In this document: positions 1 to 8,662 of the stretch, one piece after another
How the letters are laid out: each line of letters opens with the position of its first letter
How positions within the stretch are numbered: position 1 is the first letter of the stretch
Assembly (NCBI GenBank): GCA_035699865.1
Contig: DASSPC010000157.1
Location: 1 to 37,333, forward strand
DNA length: 37,333 nucleotides
From: Oryzihumus sp.
Lineage (GTDB): Bacteria > Actinomycetota > Actinomycetes > Actinomycetales > Dermatophilaceae
Direction: 5' to 3'
Position numbers and translations under genes: made by a program
Notes under the pieces: generated by a model
The model's input: the letters and a program-made list of their open reading frames with translations, nothing else
Told to the model about the DNA's origin: nothing
The model's database searches: none

Positions 1-121
1 CGGTGTGCACGGGGTCGACCGCGCCCACCGCCTCGGCGAACTCCCGGATCTTCTCCCGGCCCACGGCATACGGGGCGGTGGCCGGGTAGGTGCGCCCGGC
101 GAAACTCGCGTTCACGGCCAT
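1..121 (-). CDS. MaoC/HadA-like (FAS1-like) dehydratase, N-terminal part; runs off the window
   Basis: Manual translation from ATG at 121: MAVNASFAGRTYPATAPYAVGREKIREFAEAVGAVDPVH. The VGREKIREFA motif is typical of HadA-like proteins, which usually follow rpmG in actinobacteria. Confidence 0.85.
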   Translation of the reverse strand, partial: MAVNASFAGRTYPATAPYAVGREKIREFAEAVGAVDPVHT

Positions 122-154
122 GGCGACCACCCTAGGGGAGCACGCACGGGCACG

Positions 155-192
155 AAAAACGGCCGCCCCCGCAGCGCGTGCGGAGGCGGCCG
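155..192 (-). terminator. Intrinsic terminator after rpmG
   Basis: Minus strand reads cggccgcctccgca-cgcgc-tgcgggggcggccg followed by TTTTT. Confidence 0.75.
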
Positions 193-212
193 GTATGCCG
201 TGTGGCGTGACC

Positions 213-383
213 TCAGCGGGTCTCGCGGTGCTGCGTGTGCTTGCCGCAGCGGGGGCAGAACTTCGCCAGCTCCAGACGGTCAGGGTCGTTGCGGCGGTTC
301 TTCTTGGTGATGTAGTTGCGCTCCTTGCAGTCCACGCACGCCATCGTGATCTTGGGGCGGACGTCGGTGCTCTTGCTGGCCAC
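213..383 (-). CDS. rpmG: 50S ribosomal protein L33, Zn-ribbon (C+) form
   Basis: Manual translation (GTG start, not in ORF track): [56 protein letters not shown], with CVDC and CPRC motifs. Confidence 0.97.
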   Translation of the reverse strand: MASKSTDVRPKITMACVDCKERNYITKKNRRNDPDRLELAKFCPRCGKHTQHRETR

Positions 384-458
384 GGGGCAACCTGCTCTCG
401 AAACTCACGGAAGAACTACGGGTAGGGCGCGTGCGCAGCGAGCGCGCAACGACGCACC

Positions 459-491
459 AGAGTACGCGATCCCGAGGTAGATCCCGAAATC
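459..491 (-). promoter_or_regulatory. Putative housekeeping-sigma promoter for rpmG
   Basis: Minus strand GATTTCGGG-18 bp-TACTCT; same architecture and spacing as the tRNA promoter at 740-772. Confidence 0.55.
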
Positions 492-495
492 ACGC

Positions 496-572
496 TGGTA
501 GCGGGGGCGGGACTTGAACCCGCGACACCACGATTATGAGCCGTGTGCTCTGACCACCTGAGCTACCCCGCC
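496..572 (-). tRNA. tRNA-Met (CAT), elongator type, CCA encoded
   Basis: Reverse complement GGCGGGGTAGCTCAGGTGGTCAGAGCACACGGCTCATAATCGTGGTGTCGCGGGTTCAAGTCCCGCCCCCGCTACCA; cloverleaf with anticodon CAT. Confidence 0.95.
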
Positions 573-628
573 AGGGGTTCCGGTGACCCGGGCGGCCGCC
601 CCGAGGGACGGCCGCCGGACCCGGACTG

Positions 629-701
629 AGCCCCAATAGGGAATCGAACCCTAGACCTTTTCCTTACCATGGAAACGCTCTGCCGACTGAGCTATTGGGG
701 C
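629..701 (-). tRNA. tRNA-Thr (GGT)
   Basis: Reverse complement GCCCCAATAGCTCAGTCGGCAGAGCGTTTCCATGGTAAGGAAAAGGTCTAGGGTTCGATTCCCTATTGGGGCT; anticodon loop ATGGTAA. Confidence 0.95.
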
Positions 702-739
702 AAGTCGAACGACTGTCGCCGCCCGGCTTTGCGTCGCCG

Positions 740-772
740 AGAGTACACGTTCCCGGCCCCGGACCTGAAATC
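740..772 (-). promoter_or_regulatory. Putative promoter of the tRNA-Thr/tRNA-Met unit
   Basis: Minus strand GATTTCAGG-18 bp-TACTCT, about 40 bp upstream of tRNA-Thr; mirrors 459-491. Confidence 0.55.
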
Positions 773-917
773 GGCGCGTCCGCGGCAGCATCACCCCTTC
801 GGACGGTCCCGACGTAGCGGGGCGATGCCCCCTTTGGTGGAGCGCGTCACGGAGTCACGGGCATAGACCGGAACCGGCCACTCGGCCACACATCGACTCC
901 ATCGTGAAGGGGGAGCC

Positions 918-2024
918 ATGCGCCATCGGTATCGCGTGACCCTGGTCGCAGGGGTCACGGCCATTGCCTCCGCACTGCTCGCCGCCCCCGCCCGGGCCGG
1001 CGGCAGCGACCACCACACGTGGACCGTCCACCCCGGGACCGGCACCATCGCCGCCGCCGTGGCCAAGGCCCACGACGGGGACACCCTGCTGCTCAAGGCG
1101 GGCACGTTCCACGACAGCGTCATCATCACCAAGTCCCTGACGATCCGCGGCGCAGGCTGGGACAAGACCATCGTCCGGCCGCCGTCGAGCAACCCCGGCT
1201 GCAACGTCATGGGCGGGGTCCACGGACTCTGCCTGTTCGGCGCCACGGACTCCAAGTTCAACCCGATCTTCTCCGACCGGCTCGAGGACGCCTCGGTGTC
1301 CCACCTGCGTCTCACCGGGTTCTCCGGGATCGGCGTGGTCGGCTTCAACACCGACCACCTGTCAGTGACCCACGTCCGGTCGGACCACAACGGCCAGTAC
1401 GGCATCGCCCGGTTCGCGTCCATCCACTCGGTGTTCGCCCATGACTCGGCGTCGTGGGACGGCGAGGCCGGGCTCTACCTGGGTGACTCCCCCAAGGGGG
1501 ACAGCGTGGTTCGGGACAGCTGGAGCGACCACAGCAACTTCGGCATCTTCCTGCGCGACAGCACCGAGCTCACCGCCCGCGACAACCACGTCTGGGGCAA
1601 CTGCGTCGGCATCATGGCCCTCAACACCGGCGGCGAGGCGCCGTTCGACATCCCGGCCGGTGACTACCGCATCACCGGCAACACCGTCTGGGCCAACGAC
1701 AAGGCGTGCCCGGCCGGCGAGGACGGCCCGGCGCTGTCGGGCCTCGGCATCCTGCTGGCCGGGGTGCACGACAGCGTGGTCCGCGACAACACCGTCAACA
1801 ACAACAAGCCCGGCGGCCCGACGTTGGGCTCGGGCGGGATCGCGATCGTCTCGACCAAGTCGATGCACGGCACGGACCCGACGAACAACACCGTCGCCGG
1901 CAACGACGCCCACGGCAACGTCCCGGCCGACATCGTCTGGGACAAGACCGGTTCGGGCAACGTCGTCCGCGGCAACGACTGCGCCAAGGCCCTCCCCGAC
2001 AACCTGGGCTGGTGCCACCACTGA
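918..2024 (+). CDS. Secreted right-handed parallel beta-helix repeat protein (NosD/pectin-lyase-like fold)
   Basis: Signal peptide ending ARA; IAAAVAKAHDGDTLLLKAGTF start motif; repeated Asn-ladder coils (GIFLRDS, RDNHVWGN, TGNTVWAN, RDNTVNNN); RBS GAAGGGGAG. Confidence 0.8.
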   Translation: MRHRYRVTLVAGVTAIASALLAAPARAGGSDHHTWTVHPGTGTIAAAVAKAHDGDTLLLKAGTFHDSVIITKSLTIRGAGWDKTIVRPPSSNPGCNVMGGVHGLCLFGATDSKFNPIFSDRLEDASVSHLRLTGFSGIGVVGFNTDHLSVTHVRSDHNGQYGIARFASIHSVFAHDSASWDGEAGLYLGDSPKGDSVVRDSWSDHSNFGIFLRDSTELTARDNHVWGNCVGIMALNTGGEAPFDIPAGDYRITGNTVWANDKACPAGEDGPALSGLGILLAGVHDSVVRDNTVNNNKPGGPTLGSGGIAIVSTKSMHGTDPTNNTVAGNDAHGNVPADIVWDKTGSGNVVRGNDCAKALPDNLGWCHH

Positions 2025-2045
2025 CGGCGCCGGCCTGACCGCTCC

Positions 2046-2078
2046 CTGACCCCGCCGGGCTCCCCCCGGCGGGGTCAG
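2046..2078. terminator. Bidirectional hairpin between convergent genes
   Basis: ctgaccccgccggg-ctccc-cccggcggggtcag, a perfect 14-bp stem. Confidence 0.7.
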
Positions 2079-2281
2079 CCTGCCGGGATGTCCTCCGGTT
2101 CCATCTCGTCGGCGTAGCGCACCTCGGAGACGTTCCACTCCTGCTGCAGGGCCGTGATGTCGGCCCGGGTCGTGATGTCGCGCACCGCCTTGGTGGGGTC
2201 GGACGCCTCGGCCGGCGGCACCAGGGCGGCCTGCCAGTGGCCGCGCTCCGGGACGGGGCTCACCGCGATGTAGAGATCCAT
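2075..2281 (-). CDS. Small hypothetical protein (68 aa)
   Basis: MDLYIAVSPVPERGHWQAALVPP...EDIPAG; high-GC3 codon usage; stop lies inside the hairpin. Confidence 0.6.
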   Translation of the reverse strand: MDLYIAVSPVPERGHWQAALVPPAEASDPTKAVRDITTRADITALQQEWNVSEVRYADEMEPEDIPAG

Positions 2282-2342
2282 GCCGCGACGGTATCCCCCG
2301 GCCGGTGGTTGCCACCGCCACCGCGCCGCCGTCCGGGAACGG

Positions 2343-2373
2343 TTGACCTTCAAGCGACCTGAAGGTCCACGAT
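2343..2373 (+). promoter_or_regulatory. MerR-type promoter and operator
   Basis: -35 TTGACC (2343-2348), 19-bp spacer, -10 CACGAT (2368-2373); dyad GACCTTCA-N7-TGAAGGTC (2345-2367) across the spacer. Confidence 0.8.
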
Positions 2374-2380
2374 GTCGGCC

Positions 2381-3460
2381 GTGACCTCTCCGGAGCTGAG
2401 CATCGGCGCCTTCGCCCGCCTCGTCGGCCTGACCCCGAGCGCGCTGCGCTTCTACGACGACTGCGGGCTGCTCCACCCGGCCCGGGTGGACCCCGGCAGC
2501 GGATACCGCTGGTATGCCGTGTCGCAGGAGCCGCGCGCGCGGCTCCTCGCGGGGCTGCGGGTGGTGGACCTCCCCCTCGCCTCGGCGCGGGCGGTGCTCG
2601 ACGGGCCGCCGGAGGAGGCGACCAGGTTGCTGGAGGACCACCTGGCTGCCGTGGAGGGCAAGGCGGCGCTGACCCGCCGGGCCGTGACCGACGCCCTGAC
2701 CGACCTGCACGGCGGGCAGCGTCCGTGCCGGGTCACCCTGCCCGGCCCGGAGCTGGCCAGCGCCGTGCGGCAGGTCACTCCCGCGGCGGCCCCCGCCGAC
2801 CGCGTCACGCTGCCCGGGGAGGACCCTGCCCTCGACGAGGTGCTGCGGTGCGCCCTGCTCGAGGTCGACGCCGGGGAGGTGCGGCTGGTCGCGAGCGACC
2901 GCCACCGGCTGTCGGTGCGGACGCTGCACCCCCGCGCGGGGAACGACACCGCGGGACGGGCGCTGGTGCCCGTCCCCGACCTCGTCGACCTGGCCGGCTG
3001 GGCACGGCCCCACGCCGAGGTCACGCTGACCCTGGAGGGCGACCGGCTCACCGCCGACAGCGCAGCGGGGTCGCTCCGGCTGCCGACCCGGAAGGGCGAC
3101 TTCCCGGCATACCAGGCGGTCCTCGACCGGGTGCCGACGGCGACGGTCCGGGCCATGGTGGCCCGCGAGCGCCTGCATGCGGCCCTGGTGGAGGACCTGC
3201 CCGAGGCGGTCGCGCTCGAGCTGCGCGAGGGCCACATCGCGCTCGACCCGCCGGGCCTCCACATCGACGCCGTGGTCGTTGGCGGCCCGCTGCGCGTCGG
3301 CTTCGCCCCGACCCTGCTGCGGGCGGCGCTGGAGGCGAGCGTCGGTCCCGAGGTGATGCTGGAGCTCTCGGAGCCTGACCGTCCGGTGATCGTGCGGTCG
3401 GCCGACCAGGGGACGTTCACCACGCTGGTCATGCCGTACCGGCTCGACCCCCACGGGTGA
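2381..3460 (+). CDS. MerR-family regulator fused to a DNA polymerase III beta-clamp (DnaN)-like domain
   Basis: N-terminal LSIGAFARLVGLTPSALRFYDDCGLLHPARVDPGSGYRWY (MerR HTH); C-terminal clamp-like motifs LVASDRHRLS, GDFPAY, VGFAPTLL, TTLVMPYR. GTG 2381 preferred (leaderless relative to the -10); ORF track starts at 2372. Confidence 0.85.
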   Translation: MTSPELSIGAFARLVGLTPSALRFYDDCGLLHPARVDPGSGYRWYAVSQEPRARLLAGLRVVDLPLASARAVLDGPPEEATRLLEDHLAAVEGKAALTRRAVTDALTDLHGGQRPCRVTLPGPELASAVRQVTPAAAPADRVTLPGEDPALDEVLRCALLEVDAGEVRLVASDRHRLSVRTLHPRAGNDTAGRALVPVPDLVDLAGWARPHAEVTLTLEGDRLTADSAAGSLRLPTRKGDFPAYQAVLDRVPTATVRAMVARERLHAALVEDLPEAVALELREGHIALDPPGLHIDAVVVGGPLRVGFAPTLLRAALEASVGPEVMLELSEPDRPVIVRSADQGTFTTLVMPYRLDPHG

Positions 3461-4509
3461 GCACCCGCAGCCTCGGGGAGCCGCGCACCGCCGCCCTCCC
3501 CCGGTCCTTCCTGCTCTGGCTCGGCGCGGCGACGCTGTCGACCTGGGGCGACAGCGTCATGTACTTCGCCCTGGGCTGGGCCGCCACCGGGATCGGGCCG
3601 CAATGGGGCGGCGTCGTCCTGACGACCGTCCTGCTGCCGCGGACCGTGCTGCTGCTGGACGCCTTCTCCCTGCCGGCGACCGGCAGCTTCCCCAGGCTGT
3701 TCGTCGACGACGCCGACCTGCCGAGAGCCCTGGCCCTCACGTCGTCCGCCGGCCGGCTGGTCAGGCTCGGTGCCGGCCCGGCAGGCGGCCTGCTCGTCGC
3801 GCTGGCGGGGCTGTCCGGGGCGGCCGTGGTTGACGCCGCCTCCTTCGCGGTGGTCCTGGGCGTGCTGGTGGTCATCCGTCCGCGCCACGAGGCGCCGCCG
3901 TCCGCCGCCGCCGGACCGCTGTGGCACCAGGTGGCCGACGGCCTGCGGCTGGTCCGGGGGTCACCGACCCTGCGCACCGCGCTGGGCTCCGTCTCCCTGG
4001 TGGCGACCTTCCTGCTGCCGGTGGCCTCGCTGTGCATCCCGCTCCTCGCCCGCGCGCACGCCTGGTCGGCGGTGACCAGTGGCGTGCTGGGCGCCGCCAC
4101 CGTCGCCGGCGCCCTGTCCGTCACGCTGCTCGTGGCGCGTCGAGGAGCATCCGGGCCGCCGATGCTCGTGGCGGGCTCGGGGCTGCTCGTCGCGGGCACC
4201 GGGACGCTGGCCGTGGCCTGGTCGCCCTGGGCTGGCGTGGCCGTGACCGGTGCCCTGGTCCAGGGCGTGGGGACCGCGCTGTTCACCTCGCGGGTGGGGC
4301 CCATCCTGCTCGGCAGCGCGCCGCGCACGCACCTGGCCCGGGTGCAGTCACTGCTGGTGCTGGTCCAGGCCGCGCCGTTGGTGGTCGCGATGCCGCTGCT
4401 CGGGTCCCTGGCCGCGTGGGCGGGGGCCGGCGCAGCCACGACGACCTGCGCGGTGGGCACGGCCACAGCCGGGGTGGTGCTGCTGCGCCAGCGGCGGCCG
4501 GCGAGCTGA
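3457..4509 (+). CDS. MFS exporter, short and possibly with an internal in-frame deletion
   Basis: Overlaps the regulator stop (GTGA); many hydrophobic segments; FLLWLGAATLSTWGDSV start typical of H+-antiporter/macrolide-efflux-like MFS; only 350 aa and no motif A after TM2. Confidence 0.75.
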   Translation: MSTRSLGEPRTAALPRSFLLWLGAATLSTWGDSVMYFALGWAATGIGPQWGGVVLTTVLLPRTVLLLDAFSLPATGSFPRLFVDDADLPRALALTSSAGRLVRLGAGPAGGLLVALAGLSGAAVVDAASFAVVLGVLVVIRPRHEAPPSAAAGPLWHQVADGLRLVRGSPTLRTALGSVSLVATFLLPVASLCIPLLARAHAWSAVTSGVLGAATVAGALSVTLLVARRGASGPPMLVAGSGLLVAGTGTLAVAWSPWAGVAVTGALVQGVGTALFTSRVGPILLGSAPRTHLARVQSLLVLVQAAPLVVAMPLLGSLAAWAGAGAATTTCAVGTATAGVVLLRQRRPAS

Positions 4510-4512
4510 GCC

Positions 4513-4758
4513 TCAGTGCCCGTGCGGGTCCGCCCAGGCGTGCTTGGTGACGATGTAGACCCGGCCGTCGGCAAGCTCCAGCGCCACCGCGCGCAGCCAG
4601 GGCCTGGGCTGCGGCCAGTGGCCGGCCGCCCTGAGCTCGCGCTCGAGCGTGGCCTCGATCTCGAGCATGGGGTGGTTGAGCTCGGCTGCGGCAACCTTGT
4701 TGATCACCGACTGGATCTCCAGCTGCGCCCGGTCGTGGACCTCCTGGTCGACCTCCAT
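4513..4758 (-). CDS. Small hypothetical protein (81 aa)
   Basis: MEVDQEVHDRAQLEIQSVINKV...HAWADPHGH with strong RBS GAGGAGGGAG. Confidence 0.65.
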   Translation of the reverse strand: MEVDQEVHDRAQLEIQSVINKVAAAELNHPMLEIEATLERELRAAGHWPQPRPWLRAVALELADGRVYIVTKHAWADPHGH

Positions 4759-4843
4759 GACTCCCTCCTCGGGACGGGGAGGCGCGCGTGACGGCGCCTC
4801 TGTGGGACCACCGTGCACCCGATCCCCTGTGACGGCAACGGCG

Positions 4844-6190
4844 TCAGGTCCCGGCACCCGTGGGCTCGACGGGTGCGGAGCCGGAGGTCGCTGTGTCCGC
4901 GGGAGTGGGCGAAGCGGAGCCTGTCGGCCCGTCGGCGGGGGCCGGCGTGCCCGGCGCCGTGGGCGTGTCCGTGGGCGTGTCCGTCGGGCACGGGACCGAG
5001 CCGGGATCCGTGACCGCGGGCGACGCGGTGTCCGCATCGGGGACCGTGGTGGGCGTGGCTGCCGGAGTGGTCGTCTGGCTCCCGGTCGGCAGGGGCGCCG
5101 GAGCCGACGTGTCGCCCGGGTCGGTCGCGTCGCCGGACGGGGTCGGCCGGCAGGTCGACGGGTCACCCGGCCCGGGGGTCGGTGTGCCAGTGGGCGTTCC
5201 ACCACCCGGGTCACCTGTGGGGCTCCCGGTCGGCGTCCCCTCGGAGGCGCCGGTCGGACTGCCGGTCGGGGAACCCCCGGGGATGGGCGACGGCCGGGTG
5301 CCGGACGAGGATTGTTGCTGCGTCGAGGAGGGCCCTGTCGCCTGGACGGGTGCGGCGGCGCTGGAGGGGGACAGTGGCGCGGGTTGCGCCAGCACCGACA
5401 CCCCGTGCTCGCCGAAGGTGCGCATCCACCCGAGCACGGTCGTCAGGTAGTCCACCGAGTGGTTGTAGGCGAGGACCGCGTCACGCAGGTCCGCGGTACG
5501 GGCGAGGTCACGACCGTGGCTGCACAGGTATGCCGCCGCAGACGCCGCCGCGTCGTCCACGTCCTGCGGGTCAGCGCGACCGTCGCCGTCGGCGTCCACA
5601 CCGGCGGACAGCCAGGTGCCCGGGATGAACTGCATGGGCCCGACGGCGCGGTCCCAGATCGGGTCGGCGTCCCAGCGGCCGCCGTCCGTGTCGCGAACCG
5701 CGGCGAAGGCGGCACCGTCGAGCGCCGGCCCGACCACGGCGGGGCGGACCCGGCCGTCGGCGTCGATCGCGCGGCCGGCGAGGGACCCCGACTCGACCTG
5801 GCCCACCGCCTCGAGCAGCGTCACCGGCAGGTGGCATCCGGGTGGCGCCGTCGCCACGGCCCGTCGGTACGCCACCAGGAGCCGGGCGGGCAGCGCTGGT
5901 CCCCCATCGGGCGCCGACCACGACGCGGGCTGCGCCAGGAGAGCGGCCCGGCGGGTCGGGGGCGGAGCCGCCGACCCGCCGGGCAACCCGCCCGCGGGCA
6001 GCCCGGTGCCCCCGGTGGCGCCTGGGCCTGCCGACCCGTCCCGCGCCGCCGCGGCGGGAGCGCCTGCCCGCGGCGTCGGCGACGACGCCGGCAGTCCCAG
6101 CACCACCTCACGGTCGGTGCCGGCGCCCAGCACCAGCACCGTCGTTGCCCAGAGCACGAGCCGCCCGCCCCCGGCCCACCATCGCCGCAT
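4844..6190 (-). CDS. Lytic transglycosylase (SLT/MltB-like) with Pro/Thr/Gly-rich C-terminal tail
   Basis: Catalytic VGQVESG, DRAVGPMQFIPGTW, DADGDGRADPQDVDDAA and AYNHS motifs; hydrophobic N-terminus; ATG 6190 is 4 bp from the CopCD stop. Confidence 0.85.
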   Translation of the reverse strand: MRRWWAGGGRLVLWATTVLVLGAGTDREVVLGLPASSPTPRAGAPAAAARDGSAGPGATGGTGLPAGGLPGGSAAPPPTRRAALLAQPASWSAPDGGPALPARLLVAYRRAVATAPPGCHLPVTLLEAVGQVESGSLAGRAIDADGRVRPAVVGPALDGAAFAAVRDTDGGRWDADPIWDRAVGPMQFIPGTWLSAGVDADGDGRADPQDVDDAAASAAAYLCSHGRDLARTADLRDAVLAYNHSVDYLTTVLGWMRTFGEHGVSVLAQPAPLSPSSAAAPVQATGPSSTQQQSSSGTRPSPIPGGSPTGSPTGASEGTPTGSPTGDPGGGTPTGTPTPGPGDPSTCRPTPSGDATDPGDTSAPAPLPTGSQTTTPAATPTTVPDADTASPAVTDPGSVPCPTDTPTDTPTAPGTPAPADGPTGSASPTPADTATSGSAPVEPTGAGT

Positions 6191-6194
6191 CGGC

Positions 6195-8138
6195 TCAGCG
6201 TCCCGTTGCGGTCGACGCGCCGGACGGGTCGGGCAGCGCACCGACGAGCTCGGCGGCTCCGGTCGGCGGCGTCCGGCCGGGCGCCGCCGCCGGTGGGCGG
6301 GACGGCCGTGCCGGCCTGCGGGCCGGCGCCCGACGCCACCACACGACCAACCACGCCAGCAGCACCAGGGCGGCGACGCCGGCCGCGGCGCCCACCAGCA
6401 CCGGTCCCAGGGGCGCGGTGGACAGGGTTGCCGGGCGAGTGGGGAGTGGGACCCGCCCGACAGTCCAGGGGAAGGTGACGGTCGTCGCGGGCAGGCCGGC
6501 GCGGCGCACGGTCACCTGAAGGCGCGTCCGTCCCGGATCGCGCAGGTCCAGCGGGGCCGACCACCGTCCGCCACCGACCGGCTGGGCAGCCACGGGCACA
6601 GGCCGCTGCCCGGTGGGTCCGACCAGGCTCACCTCGACCGAGCGCACCGGCCCCGGGGAGGGTCGCCGGGTGTCGAAGACGTCGACGAGCGCCACGGCCG
6701 GGCCGGGCCGGTTGGGTCGCACCGACAGCGCCTCCTGCAGGTCACCGACCTGCTGGTCCACGGCGACCGACAACGGCTGGGCCGGAGGGCGCACCAGCTG
6801 GGGCTCCAGGGCCGGCTGCCCGCTCGTGAGCACGGCCGTCAGCGCCAGGACCGTCAGGGCCACGCCTGCCTCGACGACCACCGTGGCCACCGGCACAGGA
6901 CGGCCCGGCCGGCGACGGTGCACCCGCAGGCTGTTGGCCAGGGCGAGCGCCCCGGCCAGCCCGGCGGCCAGGACCTTGAGCAGCAGGGTGCGGCCGTAGA
7001 CGGTGAGGACCAGGGCGTCGACCGAGCCGACCACCTGGCTGCTCAGGTACAGCCCGGTCACGGCCACCACGCTCACGCACACGGCGGCCGGGACCCCGAA
7101 GGCACGCAGCGTGGCCCGGACGTCCTCTCCCGCGAGCCGGCGCGCCCGGCGTCCGCGGACGACCACGACGGACAGGACCACCAGGGCCCCGGCCCACGTC
7201 AGGCCGCCGGCCAGGTGGGCGGCTGTGGCGGCCACCCGGGTCGGGCTCACCGCCGCCCCGGCGCCGGCGTGCCCCAGCATCGCGGTCCCGACGCAGGCGA
7301 GGCCCGTCCCGGCCGCCAGCAGACCTCGGGAGGTGGTCTGCGACGGCCGGGACCGGCCAGTCCATGTGGCCCCCACCAGCAGGAGCAGCCCGACACCGCG
7401 GACCGCCCAGCGGAGGCCGTAGCCGCCGGCGAGCAGGCCGTCGAGCCGCAGCCCGGTCGGGGCGAGCTGGTCGACCAGCAGGGCCGCCGAGGCCAGCGAC
7501 GCGCCGATGGCGCCCCACCCGGCATATCGGTGACAGACGGCCGCGGCCCATGGGCCGGCGGCCGCCCGGGACCGTCCGATGACCCAGCGGGCCAGCCGCC
7601 CGCCCAGGCACAGGGCCAGCCCGAGCAGGACAGCCCAGCGCAGCGCGGCCTCCTCTGGACGCGGCGCCGGCTCGGAGAAGGCGGTGGCGACCACCGCCTC
7701 CTGGACGCCGAAGACCAGGTCACCGCCCGTGCGGTGCAGGTCGTCGCTGGACAGGGTCTCCCAGGAGATGCGGTAGGTGCCGCGCTCCAGCGGCGGCAGC
7801 GCGGCCGCAACCTGCACCGGTTCCTCGGTGTCACCGGCACCCGCGGGGCTGTCGCCCTCGCCGCCGGCGACAAGCCGCAGCCCCGTCAGCGCGACCGGCG
7901 CCTCGCTGCCCCGGGACAGCTCGATGCGGGTGGAGGCCAGCTCGACGTGCTCGCTGAACTCCAGCGTGAGCTGGCGGGGCGCCGACGGAAGGACCTGCCC
8001 GTCACCGGGGTTGCTCGCGGTCAGGAAGGCGTGTGCCTGTGCCGCCCCCGAGGGCAGCACCAGCCCGGCCGTCACCGCGAGCAGGGCAGCCGCCGCCAGC
8101 CGGAGCCGCACGCGGGTCCGGCGCCCGGTCGCGATCAC
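6195..8138 (-). CDS. CopC-CopD copper uptake/delivery fusion protein
   Basis: Signal peptide AQA then HAFLTASNP (mature N-terminal His); WETLSSDDLHRTGG (CopC DxH-like); CopD-like TM region with GHA, AHLAGGLTWAG, TGLY and YGRTLLLK motifs. Confidence 0.9.
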   Translation of the reverse strand: MIATGRRTRVRLRLAAAALLAVTAGLVLPSGAAQAHAFLTASNPGDGQVLPSAPRQLTLEFSEHVELASTRIELSRGSEAPVALTGLRLVAGGEGDSPAGAGDTEEPVQVAAALPPLERGTYRISWETLSSDDLHRTGGDLVFGVQEAVVATAFSEPAPRPEEAALRWAVLLGLALCLGGRLARWVIGRSRAAAGPWAAAVCHRYAGWGAIGASLASAALLVDQLAPTGLRLDGLLAGGYGLRWAVRGVGLLLLVGATWTGRSRPSQTTSRGLLAAGTGLACVGTAMLGHAGAGAAVSPTRVAATAAHLAGGLTWAGALVVLSVVVVRGRRARRLAGEDVRATLRAFGVPAAVCVSVVAVTGLYLSSQVVGSVDALVLTVYGRTLLLKVLAAGLAGALALANSLRVHRRRPGRPVPVATVVVEAGVALTVLALTAVLTSGQPALEPQLVRPPAQPLSVAVDQQVGDLQEALSVRPNRPGPAVALVDVFDTRRPSPGPVRSVEVSLVGPTGQRPVPVAAQPVGGGRWSAPLDLRDPGRTRLQVTVRRAGLPATTVTFPWTVGRVPLPTRPATLSTAPLGPVLVGAAAGVAALVLLAWLVVWWRRAPARRPARPSRPPAAAPGRTPPTGAAELVGALPDPSGASTATGR

Positions 8139-8608
8139 AGCACCGGGACGTGCCGCAGGTGCAGCGCGCCGTCGTCGATGGTCGCGAGCTCGCCGGGCTG
8201 CAGTGCGCCGGCGGTGTTCTCGAAGACCAGGTAGTAGGTCTGCCCCGGGCGCAGCGTGTGCCCCTGCTTCATCAGCGACACGCGGTGGGTGCTGCCCTGG
8301 CGGGCCTCGCTGCGCAGTGTGGGCGGGTGGGCGACGTCCGACTGGAAGCGGGAGGCCTTCTCCGCATCCAGCACGACGTAGCTGAGCGTGATCAGGCCGC
8401 CGTCGCCGACCACGGCGATCCGCGAGAAGCGGACCCCGAGCGCCTGCTCCATGGCCGCGCTCTGCGGCACGCGCATCCGGCTGGCCTCGGCCCGGTCGCC
8501 GAGCAGGTTGCCGGCCACCATCGCCGCGAGGACGAGGACCACGGCGACGACGAGCGCGCGGACTGCGATGGTGACGTCACGGCGGGCCGCCAGGGTCTGC
8601 GAGGTCAT
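8135..8608 (-). CDS. Membrane-anchored hypothetical protein of the copper/MCO operon
   Basis: One N-terminal TM helix then a beta-rich domain; RBS AAAGGGGAG; stop overlaps the next GTG (GTGA). Confidence 0.8.
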   Translation of the reverse strand: MTSQTLAARRDVTIAVRALVVAVVLVLAAMVAGNLLGDRAEASRMRVPQSAAMEQALGVRFSRIAVVGDGGLITLSYVVLDAEKASRFQSDVAHPPTLRSEARQGSTHRVSLMKQGHTLRPGQTYYLVFENTAGALQPGELATIDDGALHLRHVPVL

Positions 8609-8622
8609 GGGACTCCCCTTTC

Positions 8623-8654
8623 GTCACCGGGGCCCGTCTCCGGGCCCCGGTGAC
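8623..8654 (-). terminator. Intercistronic stem-loop (no U tract; stabiliser or weak terminator)
   Basis: gtcaccggggcccg-tctc-cgggccccggtgac, a perfect 14-bp stem. Confidence 0.6.
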
Positions 8655-8662
8655 CTCATCGG

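Noticed and set aside
2381-3460. Second replicative dnaN marking an origin or plasmid
   Set aside because: Fused to a MerR HTH, too short for a full three-domain clamp, and no dnaA or DnaA boxes nearby.
4860-5330. Short tandem repeats (e.g. ccgtgggcgtgt twice)
   Set aside because: Explained by the Pro/Thr/Gly-rich linker of the lytic transglycosylase.
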